Shown here in pieces: positions 26,437-40,009 of a DNA stretch of 64,000 nt; the stretch's first letter is position 1, and each line of letters opens with the position of its first letter. The notes beneath the pieces were generated by a model. That model did not search any database and had not been told where the DNA came from. It saw only the letters and a program-made list of their open reading frames with translations. The stretch comes from Octopus vulgaris. Taxonomy: Eukaryota. The translations under genes and the position numbers were made by a program. The stretch spans positions 73,470,001-73,534,000 of the forward strand of contig OX597819.1 of the NCBI GenBank assembly GCA_951406725.2, read 5' to 3'.

Positions 26437-28016
26437 TGTTGTTCATCTTAGAGGCTTGTCCTTGTCCTACTGGGTTAGCCAAGTATCCCCTCTGTAGTAA
26501 GATAGCTATCTCTGTCCTTCCATGGACACACACACACACACACACACACACACGTATATGACGGGCTTCTTTCAGTTTCTATCTATCAAATCCACTGGCT
26601 CATGAGTTTGAATCCACTGGAGATGTTTTGCTGATCCTCTGTCAAAACTCCCTTGCAGCACACCTCCTCACCCATCTTACCACCCATGATCACTACCCCC
26701 TGCAGGTCCCTCCTCCCTCCTCCCACTCTCCCTCACATGCCTGTCCACATGCTCTCCATACCTCCCTACCAGCCTCTCTGATTTCACTCACCATCACTTG
26801 CCACAGTCACTCCTTCCCCATCCCTAAACATCTCCCTTTACACTCCTGTGGGACACCCTTCCCTCTCCCCTCTCTACCATTTATATTCCCCCTCCCCCAC
26901 TGTTACCTGTGGGTAGATCTGATGCATCTCCAACACTGTTTCTCTCTCTCTTTCTGTCCTATCTAACTCTATTTCTCCTTCCTTGTCCTACTAGGTTAGT
27001 CAAGTACCCCCTCTGTACGAAAGATACCTCTGTCCTTCTATTATATTCTAACCTCTCATCAGGCACAAAGTCACTTCCCATGGACACACACTTACGACAA
27101 GCTTCTTTCAGTTTCCATCTACCAAATCCACTCACAAGGCTTTGGCTGGTCCGAGGCTATAGTAGAAGCCAATTGCATGTATATGTGTGTGTGAGCATGT
27201 GTATGTGTGTGTATGTTTGTTCCTCTACCTCCCCACTACTTCTTGATAACTGGTGTCATTGTGTTTACGTTCCTGTAACTTAGCAGTTCGGCAATGAGGA
27301 ATGTTAGAATAAGTGCCAGGCTTTATAAATAAATAAGTACCGGGAGTCAATTAGTTTGAGTAAAATTCTTCAAGGTGGTGCTGCAGCATGGCCACAGTCT
27401 AATGAATGAAACAAGCAAAAAAAACAAATAAATGATAGGAGATAGCTTCCCATAAGTTGCAGGCAATCCAAACAAAATGTTGCCTCTCTCTCTAATATAA
27501 ATCTGGCTTCAAAAGCTTATTTATTGAGGTCATCTTGGAAAGTGATGTAGGAAAAGTCGAAAGATGCATACACACACACATACACAGTCTGGTAAAATAA
27601 TTAGAATTGATGGAATAAAGACTGAAGCTGTGTTTAGTGTGAGAAAATACAAGTAAATCTGTTGGGAGGCTGTCTCTTGTACCTATTGACCTTGTCATTG
27701 AAGCTGTTCATATTTTATGCTAATTTGTTTTTATTATGCAAATGTTCTCCTGTCCGATACAAGACTTTTATCTCTTAGTTTTTATGACCACCTCAAATCT
27801 TTGCATATATTTTCAATTTGGAAAAAGAAGTAAATTTTCTTTTCTTTCTTTTTTCAAGCTGTATCTTGGTTGTGAAATGTAATTTTAAATGGTGTGTGTT
27901 TGTATATATTTATATGAGTGTGTGTGTGTGTGTGTGCGTGGCTGCATGTATGTGTGTATATGTGTGTGTATATGCATGTGTATGTGTATGCATGTATGTG
28001 TGTGTGTGCATGTGTA

Positions 28017-28056
<40 letters not shown>

Positions 28057-29336
28057 TGCATAATTGTGTGATACAGGTTAAATAAGTTCTTGGTGAAGCA
28101 TGTTTGCCCAGCTAGGTTCAATTCACATGCTTACCTATTTCACAAATTCCACAAATGCTTTTTGAGAAAGGCATGAACACCACAACCTCCTTTTGTTCAT
28201 ATGCCTTTCAAGTGAAAGGGCATTTAATGCTAATGCTGTATGTCTTTGTAGTAGTGCGTGTGATACAGTTTATAGCTTTACAAGTGTTGTATTATTATGC
28301 AGACACTGTGATGCGCATGAATTGTGGTTTTGTCAATAATAGGCCTCTTTGATATTTGCATGTTGTATTGTGTATGGTTTCTGACTCACAGAGTGGAAGA
28401 GCAAGGAACGGAGGTAAGTAATAGAGAAATTCAAAGGGAAAGAAAGTGTGTGTGTGTGTGTGTGTGTCTGTTTTGAGAGAGAGAGAGAGAGAAAGAGAAA
28501 GAGATGCAGGTTGGAAATGAGAAAATGAAAAAAGAAAGGTAGTAGAAAAAAAATGAAAAGTGGAAAACCTTATTTGCTGCAAAGAAATAAAATAAGAGAA
28601 GGATAAAAGTGTGTGTGTGTGTGTGTGTGTGTGTGGTGGTCTTTGCTCAGTGTTCACTTTTTCATGTTTGCATGAGCTGGACAAAGTTTATTGAGGCAAG
28701 TTTTTTTTACAAGCAGATGCCCTTCCTGTTGCCAACCCTTTTTCACTTGTTTCCAGTATAAGGTAAACACTTCCCAATGGCCAGACATGTTTTTGCAGAA
28801 TACTGGAAACAAATGACACTTCTTGTATGACAGTGACACTCATTTGCGACTATCACGTGATCTCAAGACAAAGGAGACATACGCATACATGATGGGCTTC
28901 TTTCAGTTTCCATCTATCAAGTCCACCCACAAATCTTTGGTCAGTTCGGAGCTGTTGTAGAAAATACTTAACCAAGGTGCCATGCTGTGGAACTGCACCA
29001 AGATAATTCTTATGACACCCCAACGTGCCACAGCACATCATTTCAGAACTCTTTGCCTGACACAATAATTCAGTTCAGCTGGAGGCCTCATTTTTCAAAA
29101 TGAATACAAAAGACCATCATTTATATTAATGTATTTAAGTATGGGCCATCAGATGGGTGCAAATATATGAGAGGCGTGGGCATGGCTGTGTTCTCAAAAC
29201 CACTTAGTTCCAGGTTTTTTCCCACTGCATAGCACCTTGGGCTATGCAGTCCTCTTCTATAGCCTTGGGCTTACTAAATCCTTGTAAGTGGATTTCGTAG
29301 ACAGAAACTGAAAGAAGCCTGTTGCATGTATATATA

Positions 29337-29708
29337 GGAGTGGCTGTGTGGTAAGTAGCTTGCTTACCAACCACATGGTTCTGGATTTAGTCCTACTACA
29401 TGGCACCTTGGGCAAGTGTCTTCTACTATAGCTTTTGGTCGACCAAAGCCTTGAGTGGATTTGGTAGAAGGAAACTGAAAGAAGCCCGTTGTATATATGT
29501 GTGTGTTTGCTTGTCCCCCTCCCCTCATAATTGCTTGACAACTGATGCTGGTGTGTTTATGTCCCCGTCACCTAGCGGTTCTGGAAAAGGGATCAATAGA
29601 ATAAGTACTAGGCTTACAAAGAATAAGTCCTGGGGCTGGTTTGCTGGAGTAAAGGCAGTGCTCCAGCATGGCCACAGTCAAATGACTGAAACAAAAGAGT
29701 AAAAGAAT
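29337..29708 (+). mobile_element. SINE family A, full-length
   Basis: GGAGTGGCTGTGTGGTAAGTAGCTTGCTTACC head through the CAGTCAAATGACTGAAAC tail. Confidence 0.88.
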
Positions 29709-31099
29709 ATACACGTATAACAAAACCAGAATCTGGAATACATGTATGAAATTTCCTATAGAAATTTTTCTGCCAGAGCTTCCCTACATACATAATTATA
29801 TATACATATATATGTATCTGTGTGTGTGTGTTTCTGACGACTGGTGTTGGTTTATCTGTCTTCATAATTTGACAGTTTAGTAAAAGAGACTAATAGAATA
29901 AATATCTAAGGCAGCGAGCTGGCAGAATCGTTAGCACGCTGGGTGAAATGCTTAGTGGTATTTTGTCTGCCACTACATTCTGAGTTCAAATTCCGCCGAG
30001 GTTGACTTTGCCTTTCATGGTCGATAAATTAAGTACCAGTTACACACTGGGGTCGATGTAATCGACTTAATGTCCTTGTTTGTCCCCTCTATGTTTAGCC
30101 CCTTGTGGGCAATAAAGAAATAAGAATAAATATCTGGTTTAAATAACAAAAAGTACTGGGGTCAATTTGTTTGACGAAACTGTTCAAGGTGGTACCCCAG
30201 CATGGCCGCAAAGATAAAAGAGATGGCTGTATGGAAAATATTGATTAATGAAAATGTTGATAGGAAAGGTGAGAAAGAGAAAGAAGAGATGTAAATAAAA
30301 GCAAGGGGGAAAAAAAGTGTAACAGGAAAAAGAAAGACTGATAATGAGAAAGAGAGGGAGGATGATAGTGGGAGGGGAGAAAGAAAAGGTAAGGAATGAA
30401 GGAGGACAGAAAAATTAAGGTTTGGCCCATATTATGCACCCACCTCTATTTTTCATATCTTTGCCTCCCTGTTCCCAAATCTCACACTAAATACTTCTCT
30501 CAATCCTTCATTTCCAGAACTGGAAATGTTTTGGAACCACCTTTCCTCACCTCCCCACCCATCACCCCTCCTTCTGACTTGTTTTTCTTGCTGATGTCAA
30601 ACCACAGAAGTATATTGATGGTCATTGATCTTAGTGGGTGTTGGGGTGGGGTAGCTTGCTGAGGTCATGTAAACTGACCCCACCCCCTGCCTCCCTCTGA
30701 CTAAGACACACTAAGGCACACAATTGGAAAATAAAAGGAAAGGGGATGTGTAGAAAGGAAGCGTTGAATAGGGAAGAACTAAACTAGAGAGAGTGAGAGA
30801 GAGAGATGGTGTGAGGGAGAGGGAGAGGGAGAGAGGAAGTTGTGTTGTTGTACCAATTGAAAGAAATAGAAAAAGAAAAGGGAACAAAACTGAGATAATT
30901 AAAATTGCTCCTGCATGGCCACATCTTCCAGCTGAAAGGGATTGCAGTATTACACTCTATTTTCAGGACGGCTGTGAAAATTCTCAAAAAAGTCCAAAAA
31001 AAGATGATAGTAAAATGTGTTTAGGAGCTTCCATATAAATTTATCTTATTTTTCATACATGTATATAATGTGTGTGTGAATGTGTGTATGTATGTTTGT

Positions 31100-32015
31100 C
31101 ATTATTCAGTTTATTTCAAGATTTCTTGCCAATAGAGAAAGAACCGGTTTCTAACCTAGATCCAAAGTTCCTTCATTGGAATTTCAACATCAACAACAGG
31201 GTATTTTTGTTTGTATGTGTGTGTGTGTGTGCGTGCGCACGCACGTGCAGATTTGTATGTTTTACTTTATGTATATATTCTCATACATATAGTTACATAT
31301 CTAGGCATGTTCATATATATATTTAAATGATAAACTTCTGGAAAGTTTTACAGATTTTTACAGTTCCAGTGATGGATTGGATCTGTAGTCTTTGAATTAG
31401 CTTTCTCCTTTCTGGTTTTGAGAAGCCTAATTTCTCAAGATTGGTATTTAGTCTGTGTGTCACATATCCCAGGGCCCCAATAATTACAGGTATAAACCTG
31501 AACTTGTAATCTGGATAGAGTAACTGCAGATTTTTCAATAGTTCATCATAGGTGTTCTCTTTTTCACTAATCTTCAACTTTATGTTAATATCCGCTGTGC
31601 AGCTAATTTCCACAACTGTGCACAGTTTCTCTTCTCTATCTCAAATCATTATATCAGGTATGTTGTGCTAACATTTTATTGAAGTCTTCACTGGGACATT
31701 CCACCAATATTCTTTTTTATTATGAGTGGCAATGGCTTCTACCATATTGTGGGTTCTTATTTCTTTGTCCTTGGGATTATCCTTCTGACAGATTTCATTA
31801 TAGAATGTCTTAGCTACAACATCATGTCTCATCAGTAGATAATATCGTGATGGCATTTTCAGAAAACTGTTCATGATGTGGGTGATATCTTCAGTGTGAA
31901 CTTCATTCAGCCTGCATTGGTTGTCACTTTTTATGGCTTTTCCTGCATCTCTATCCCATTTGTGCATCAGGTACTTGTTTGGTATTTCCTGTTCCTGAAT
32001 TGCAAACACATACCC
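31100..32015 (-). mobile_element. Degenerate 5'-truncated RLE non-LTR retrotransposon (zinc-knuckle and PD-(D/E)XK region plus 3' UTR)
   Basis: AIQEQ.I..K, decayed CCHC (CRLN...EDITHI), RHD.V, HN.PDI...D......VEIS, and IPVIIGALG. In-frame stops are present. Confidence 0.85.
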
Positions 32016-33293
32016 CTTGGAGAGGGAGGTAGTAGTCTGGCTATTGGTCCATGTATGTGTGTGTACATAATGGGCTTCTTTTCAGCTTTTGTCTACCATG
32101 CATCTGTTCACAAGGCTTTTTTGGCTTTGGGTTATAGTAGATGCTTGCCCAAGGTGCCACACAGAGAGATTGAACGTGAAACCATGTGGTTTGGAAGCAA
32201 GCTCTTCACCACACAGCCCATGCCTGGCACTTTTGTTATTTTCATCAAAGTTTAACTGTTTCTATTTTCAATTTCTGACCATTTATAAAAAGAACAACAA
32301 CAGAACATTAATAAATATGAAAACAAATGTTTAGCAGCAACAACTGCCAAGCAATGAAGGACCATTCTAGAAATAGTTTAGAACCGAGTTAAAAGTGGAA
32401 TTGAGTTGAAAAAGTAAATATAATTGGGTTCATAACATGCAATTTAGAATTTTATTGTTGACAATTTAAGCATTTCTTGTTTGTGACACACACAACTGTT
32501 GGAAAATACGCCATCCGCCACCACCACCTCACTACTAATAATGCTGATGATGATGACAATAGAAGAGAAACAGGATGTAAATTATAAAAAAAATTATACA
32601 AAGAAAAACAAGAAAAAGCAAGAGTTAAAAAAAAAAAAGTGAAATGTTTTCAAAGATTAATTTTGAAAAGATTGTTGTAGGAACTACTTAACACAGGAGA
32701 GTTGTGTGTGTGTGTGTGTGTGGAGGGGGTATAAGAGGTATAATGGGAATGTGTGTAAGCATGTGTGTATGTGTGTTACACCATTAAGTGTGGGTGTGTG
32801 TATAATGAAGTGTGTGTGTGTGTGTGTGATGTCTGTGTTTTATTGTTTTGTTTTTTATCTCTTGTCTAAAATTAATACCAGTCAATCTTTTCAATATGGT
32901 GCTCTCCTCCATACACCCAGTCTGCAAACACACAGAACCCCACCCCCCAAACTACATAACTGATTATTATTTATTTAGCTAATTAGTTGTTGTTTTTTAT
33001 CCTTTAATTAGTCTTTTTGTTTTATAACAGGATTTGTTTAAAAAAAGTTTTTTATTTAATATTTGTTTTCCATAGATTTCCTTTTTAATTCATTTTTGTT
33101 TTTGTGTGATAAACCTAAAAGAATACAATGAAGGAACATTATTTGCTCTTCTTCTTCAAACTATCCATTCCAAAGTCTATGTAGAGGTGGTGGGAGTGAT
33201 GGTGGGGTGGATCTGTTGAATAGGCACCAATTCAATTAGTGATTTAATTGCTTGCTAACATCAGACTGCTAACTAGCTTAATAACGGTTGTAA

Positions 33294-33324
<31 letters not shown>

Positions 33325-33617
33325 AATACATCATATATAGTGTGTATGTGTGTGTGTTTGGTGGTGTTTGACATGTTTGCAGAGGAGATAATAGGCTTGA
33401 GTGGAATTATTTGAGACTCATATGTATTTAGGTGCAGGCATGGCTGTGTGGTTAAGAAGCTCTCTTATGACCATGTGGTTTCAAGTTCAGTCCCACAGTG
33501 CAGCACTTTGGGCAAGCATCTACAACAGCCCTGCATGAGAGAATTTGGTAGGCAGAAACTCAGTGGAAGCCTGGCGTATGTGTGTATATCATCATCATCA
33601 TTTAATCCGCACACGCT

Positions 33618-33663
<46 letters not shown>

Positions 33664-35336
33664 CACACACTCATGTACACACACAGAGTGACAGAAGCAG
33701 TATCATTTTCAAAAAGCAGTCTTTACATTCAGCTTAGTGTGGCTGTTATTAGAACTCTGAATGCTGTTATTTATCTTGACAGCTTCTCTCATATGGGTGC
33801 ATGGTGCACAAAAGCACTTATAGCTAAATTGTTGGCAGATGAGAATTGTCTGCTATGGGTGCCAGAACTGGTAGATCACATAATTTCACCCTCCCTGGGC
33901 TTCTCAGTGGCAGATGTCCCATAGCAACATAACGACTTAATCTCGCTGTCAGTGACATAGAATGTTTTCAGACACCATGTGTTGCAATTAGCCAGCAGGC
34001 TTATTAAAAAATAATTAATAGCGACAAAAGCAATTTTTATATCCAACATGATGTGCAGGTTGTGTTAGAACACCAGATGCTGTATTATTTACCATGAGGG
34101 AACCTCTCATATGGATGCATGGTGCATAAAAGCAATTGTATGTGTGTGTGTATTCAATCCTCTTGACAGCCAGTATTGGTTTATTTATGTCCTTGTATCT
34201 TAGTGATTTGACAGAAGAGACTGGCTTAAAAAAATAAGTTCTGGGGTCGATTTGTTCAACTAAACTCTTCAAGTCAATAGGAGAGAAGGCAGTGACTTCA
34301 GCTGAGGTGTTTGTCATTTACTTGTTTATCATTAGACTGTGGCCATGCTGGGGCACCACCTTGAAGAGTTTTAATTGAAATCACCCTAGTTCTCATTGTT
34401 TTTAAAGCCTGGTACTTATTTTATTGGTCTCTTGCTGAACCTCAAAGTTACGGAGACATAAACACACCAACACCGGTTGTCAAGCAGTAGCAGGGGACAG
34501 GCACACACACAAACAAAAAAAGCAGGTTTCTTTTAGTTTCCATGTACCAAATCTACTCATATGGTTAGAGTTAGAAGATTAGGCTGTTGTAGAAGAGACT
34601 TGCCCAAAATGCCATGAAGTGGAACTGAACCCGGAACCATGTGGTTGGAAACCAAATGTTCTACCATACTTCACCTATGATGGTGGGATTACTACCTTCC
34701 TTATACAGAATGTACTCATAAGATATTGCTCCTGTGTTTCCATGGAGGTTGTTGAACTTCTGAGATGTGTTTTTTCTAAACTGTTTTCTCCTTTTTCTGT
34801 ATCATGTCTCACTCATCTTTATATAGTCTCCGTTTTATATATTTTCATTGATTGTTCTTCTGTTCATTGTGTCGGATCTCTCCAATATAGATTAGGAAAT
34901 GAAAACACGGGACAGATGGTCGATAATCTGGAAAAGTCTCAAATATTTTCTGTTTTATATTTTTACTCCATGTTTTTAAAAGAATTTTTTTGGGGTGAAA
35001 CAAGCTGATTTTTGTGCCTGTCTATTAAATTATTATCCTTTTCTACTCTTGGCACAAGCCCCAAAATTTTTGAGGAGAGGGCCAGTCGATTAGATCGACC
35101 CCAGTATGAAACTAGTAATTAATTTATCGACTCCGAAAGGATGAAAGGAAAAGTTGACCTCATCAGAATTTGAACTCAGAACATAAAGACAGACGAAATA
35201 CTGCTAAGTATTTCGCCTGGACATTTCTGCTAGTTCGCCACCTTCATTATCAGTTATCACTTGTTGTTATCAAGGCTGTCATCACTGTCATCATTATTGA
35301 TGATGAATTAACCCTTTGCCTATCATTGCAGCATCA

Positions 35337-35431
35337 GTGACTCCTCATGCTATATTCTTGATATACCACGGGAGTCACTGGTGACTCTTCATGCTATATT
35401 CTTAATGTACCATGGGAGTCACTGGTGACTC
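35337..35431. repeat. Two and a part 44-bp tandem units with self-complementary ends, inside a TTAA MITE
   Basis: GTGACTCCTCATGCTATATTCTTGATATACCACGGGAGTCACTG occurs twice (35337-35380 and 35381-35424, with a few differences), followed by GTGACTC. Confidence 0.85.
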
Positions 35432-36375
35432 TCAGTGATGATATTTTGCGGTTGTTTATTTTTAGAATGACGTTGTGGGATAAGTGCGAGAGGCTGGATC
35501 TGGCCAGTTTGAACATAAATAGGTAGAACATTTGGGTTGGATATGGATAGTTTAAATGCTAAAGAATTAAGGGATTAAAAGTAATTTATAACAAAATTAG
35601 AACTTCTGGTGCAAAATGGTTTTGGCTGACAAAGTGTTAATGGATATAAAACATTAAAAAACTCTTTTAATATTATTGAATCTGTTACCAATTTTTTCAG
35701 TTTTAAGTAATGTGTTATCTGTTTCTAGTGCGCCAGTAATTGATTGGTATGTGTATGTGTGTGTGTCTGTATGCAGGTTCCTGATGCAGAGGTCAATGTA
35801 GCAAGTGCCAATGTCACTTTGCAGCATTAATGCCTCTGGTGCACAGGTTAGTATGGTTTATTTTGGTCTCTGATGCTACTAAAAATAGATGAAATGGTTC
35901 TGTGTGAGTGTGTCCAGCTGTGCTTTAGTGAAATAGTTCATCCATTTCACCGAATTTGAAGAACCAGCTAATCCGTACAAAGAAGATAAAAAAAAGCAAA
36001 ACTGGAGAGAGAGAGAGAGAGAGAGAAGATTGATAAACACAGCATAGATAATTATATGTAGAAATAAAAATGGAATTAAAGTGAAGGCAATTAGTGTCTG
36101 AGAGTAATGGTTATCTGAGACTGTAGAGAATTGGGTTATGAGCCAAAGGGTTGGTGGTGTTTGTATTCTACATTCATCAACTGTGTTGTGTCTGTGACTC
36201 AATGGGAAACTTCATGGCAATATCTTCTCATTTTGTTTGCTTGTAGGGATCAGAGAATGAAACAACGTACATCCCCCCCCCCGTGAACAGTGGGGGCATT
36301 GTTGTAGTGATGAGTGTTTTGTGTGTGGTGTTGAGTTGAATATTTTGAGGAAAATATCTAATCTCAAAGTGATAG

Positions 36376-36770
36376 GTATGGACAGGTGTAGTTGTGTGGT
36401 TAAATAGTTGGTTTTGCAATCATGGGGTTTCAGGTTCAAACTCACTTTGTGGAACCTGAGGCAAGTGTCTTCTGCTATAGTCTTAGATCAGCCAAAGCCT
36501 TGTGAATGGATTTGGGAGACAGGAAATGGGAGGAGCCTGTTGTGTGTGTGTTCTTGTCTTGACAAAGAACAATAATTGTAAATGAGCCTCACCTTCATAA
36601 AGTTTTGTTGTTTGTTTCCAGTCTTTCATAAAAATATGTCTGGCCATGTGGAAAGATTACCTTGTTTGGTAAGAGGTGAGGGTTGGCACCAGGAAGAGCA
36701 TCTGGACATAGAAAATTTGCCTCTACAAATTCTGCCTAACCCATGCAAATCTGGAATAAAGTGACCATTG
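36376..36770 (+). mobile_element. SINE with family A head and RTE-type tail
   Basis: The family A head and (TG)n are followed by ...GGTGAGGGTTGGC..CAGGAAG.GCATC...AACCCATGCAA. The same layout occurs at ~13636-13960, 28655-29000(-) and 44335-44700. Confidence 0.7.
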
Positions 36771-37608
36771 TTGGTGGTTGAGGCATAACACTCCCGAATG
36801 ACTTGGTATAGATTCATCTCAACAACTGAGTGATCCCCACCTCCAAGATAACGCACCTAGAATTAAAAAGAACCTGTTGTCTAGAAAACTCAAAAGGAAG
36901 TTTAAATATGGAAACAGAAAAGTGAATTTGAAGACGATTGTGGTGGTGGTGTAGAGATTAAGATGGCGTCGGTTGTTTTTACTGTCGACATTGCTATGAT
37001 AGCAAGGCCATAAGCAACATTAATAAAAGCGAGAGAAAAAGACAAAATAAATATAGATTGAAAAGGTGGGGGGATAAAAAAAAAATGAATGAATGAGGAC
37101 ATTTAGGGGGTGGGGATGAATATTTGTTTTTGTTTGTTTTCCTCCTGTAACTTAATCGTAGTTGTTGTCTTTGAAGCAGATAAACCCTACAGTTTGTCAA
37201 CATTGGTATTTACTGGTTGTGGTGTTTGCCTCCATTTCGATGTATTTCTTAAATATGCTGACCTCACTGTCTCTGCTTGTTGATAAACTTCTGATTGGGA
37301 ATAAAAGGTTAATGCGACCCTGGTGAATTTTGTTTTACTCAGGGATTGTGTGTGATCTGCCTGTGTATCTATTCACACACACACGCACGCAAAGAGAGAG
37401 AGAGAGAGAGAGGGTAAATGCAACAAGTCTGTTGTTGATAAACAGATGTCTGTGTAGTTTGCTTCTCAATCACATGGTTTTGGTTTCAGTCTCACTGCAC
37501 AGCACCAAGTGTCTTCTCGTATTGCTTCTGGCCAACCAAAGCTATGTGAGTGGATTTGGTAAAGAGAGACTGAAAGAAGCTCATCTTGTGTGTGTGTATG
37601 TGTATGCA

Positions 37609-37653
<45 letters not shown>

Positions 37654-37656
<3 letters not shown>

Positions 37657-37814
37657 TGCAGGAGTGGCTGTGTCATAAGTAGCTTGCTTACCAACCACAT
37701 GGTTCTGGGTTCAGTTCCACTGCGTGGCACCTTGGAGGCAAGTGTTTTCTGCTATAGCTTCGGGCTGACCAAAGCCTTGTGAGTGGATTTGGTAGACTGT
37801 CGTATATATGTATG

Positions 37815-37855
<41 letters not shown>

Positions 37856-38048
37856 CTGTGTTTGTCACCCCACCATCACTTGACAACTGGTGCTGGTGTG
37901 TTTATGTCCCCGTAACTTAGTGGTTCGGCAAAAGGGACTGACAGAACAAGTACCAGGCTTACAAAGAATAAGTCCTGGGGTTGATTTGCTCGACTGAAGA
38001 TGGTGTTCCAGCATGGCCACAGTCAAATGACTGAAACAAATAAAAGAA
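37654..38048 (+). mobile_element. SINE family A, full-length
   Basis: Head through tail matches the family. Confidence 0.88.
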
Positions 38049-38270
38049 TATATATATAACTCCAAGAAAGTTAGGTGTTGTGGGCCCAACCCACTAAGGG
38101 ATAATATCTATCCAATATACTGTTGGTATAATACCCAATTATTAATAATAGAATAATATGCTATATGTATGTATGTTATTATAATTATAATTTCAATAAA
38201 TAAATAAGTTAAAATGTTAATGTCCTAAAGTTGATGAACCAACTATTGTGCTTCTCCATTTTCTTATTTG

Positions 38271-38314
<44 letters not shown>

Positions 38315-38463
38315 AAGAATTAATGAATGGAGTGGATAAAATCTGGGCTCTATTTCACAGCGAGTGGCACCTTGAAAGTGGTAAATATCCAAGTGAGGTG
38401 TATACACACACACACACATATATATACACACACATATATAGATATGTATATATACACACATAC

Positions 38464-38522
<59 letters not shown>

Positions 38523-40009
38523 TACATATATAAATATATATACATACACATACATGTATAAATATAAGTGTATATATATATACGCACACACACACACATA
38601 TACATATACACATAGACACACACTTGTAGACCCTTCCCTGCATTCCTAAACAGATAGCATGTAAACAGTGGACTGGATCTCTCCTGGAAAGCAATTTGGA
38701 TAAATCAGACGTAAACTAACATTTGAAGCTGAATGTCAACAACTCTCGACTTGGTACACTATTAGCAGCCTTGCTTGAACTTTTAAACTTTCTCGTTGGT
38801 GTCACATATCCTACATAACTAGTCAATGAGTGGCTGTTGGTGTTGGCTTGTAAACATCTTCTGCTATCGCACATAAGCCACTTAACTTTCAGGTCCTCAT
38901 TGTTCCCAGAAAACCTGGATAAATGGATCTGGATAAGTTCTCTTCTTTCAGAGGTGGTGGTGTCTGAACTGTGTCTAGTTATCTGTATGTAATATTGTAT
39001 TGATCTCTATTGATCTCGGTTCATAGATAAGTTAGTATTTTCATCATGTGGTTAGATGCTTTTAGGCCACAGCTGCTTAGGTTTATATTGCTGGTCAATT
39101 TAGTACAACTGTGAGTACTTAAGTGACCAGCTATTTAAACCTTCCACATTCCCACCACACCCACCACACTTGTGTGTATGTGAACAGGAAGTGTCTCACT
39201 CACTCGCTTGCTCGCTTAGCTAAAACTGACCGTAAAAATAACAAATTCTTGGAGCAAAACAAATTGTCGGATTTGACAAGACATGGGGCTACAAATTCAT
39301 GGGTTGTAAGGAAGCAAAACACTTTATCGTCATCATTCTTTAAGCATCTATTTTCTCATGTTTGCAGTGAGACGATATTTTGAATAGATTTTTCTTTCTA
39401 CAGCTGGATTTCTTTTTGTATCACCAGCCCTTATCTGTTTCAAAACTAAGAAATATTTCTTCTTGGCCAGGCATGTTTTTCACGGAAGACTGGAGGTGAA
39501 CCACGATGATAATGATGATGATGATGGTGGCGGCGGTTTACAATCATCATGTGATGTCAAACTAGCAGTTACGATGATGATGATGATCATCATCATCACC
39601 ACCACCATCATCATCATTTAATGTCCATGCTGGTATGGGTTGGACGGTTTGACCGGGCTGAAATGCTGGAAGGCTGCACCAGACTCCTGTCTGATTTGGC
39701 ATGGTTTTCTATGGCTAGATGCCCTTCCTAATGCCAACCACTCTGAGAGTGTAACGGGTGCTTCTACATGCCACTGGCACGGGGTGTGATTTAACATTTG
39801 TAATATTTCTCTCTCTTTGGTTTAAGATCTCAGATTTGGTGAGTGGGGTGGGTAGGGTTTTGTTTGATTGACTCCAATTCTTTGACTGCTAATGGAATTG
39901 GAGAAGGGAAGTCTTTAGAATTATCCTTATTACTTGTGATTTCTTTCAAACACTGAAACATAGAAGTGAATGGGGAGGGGAGTGGGTCCTCATCATTAAT
40001 GGTCTTTTA

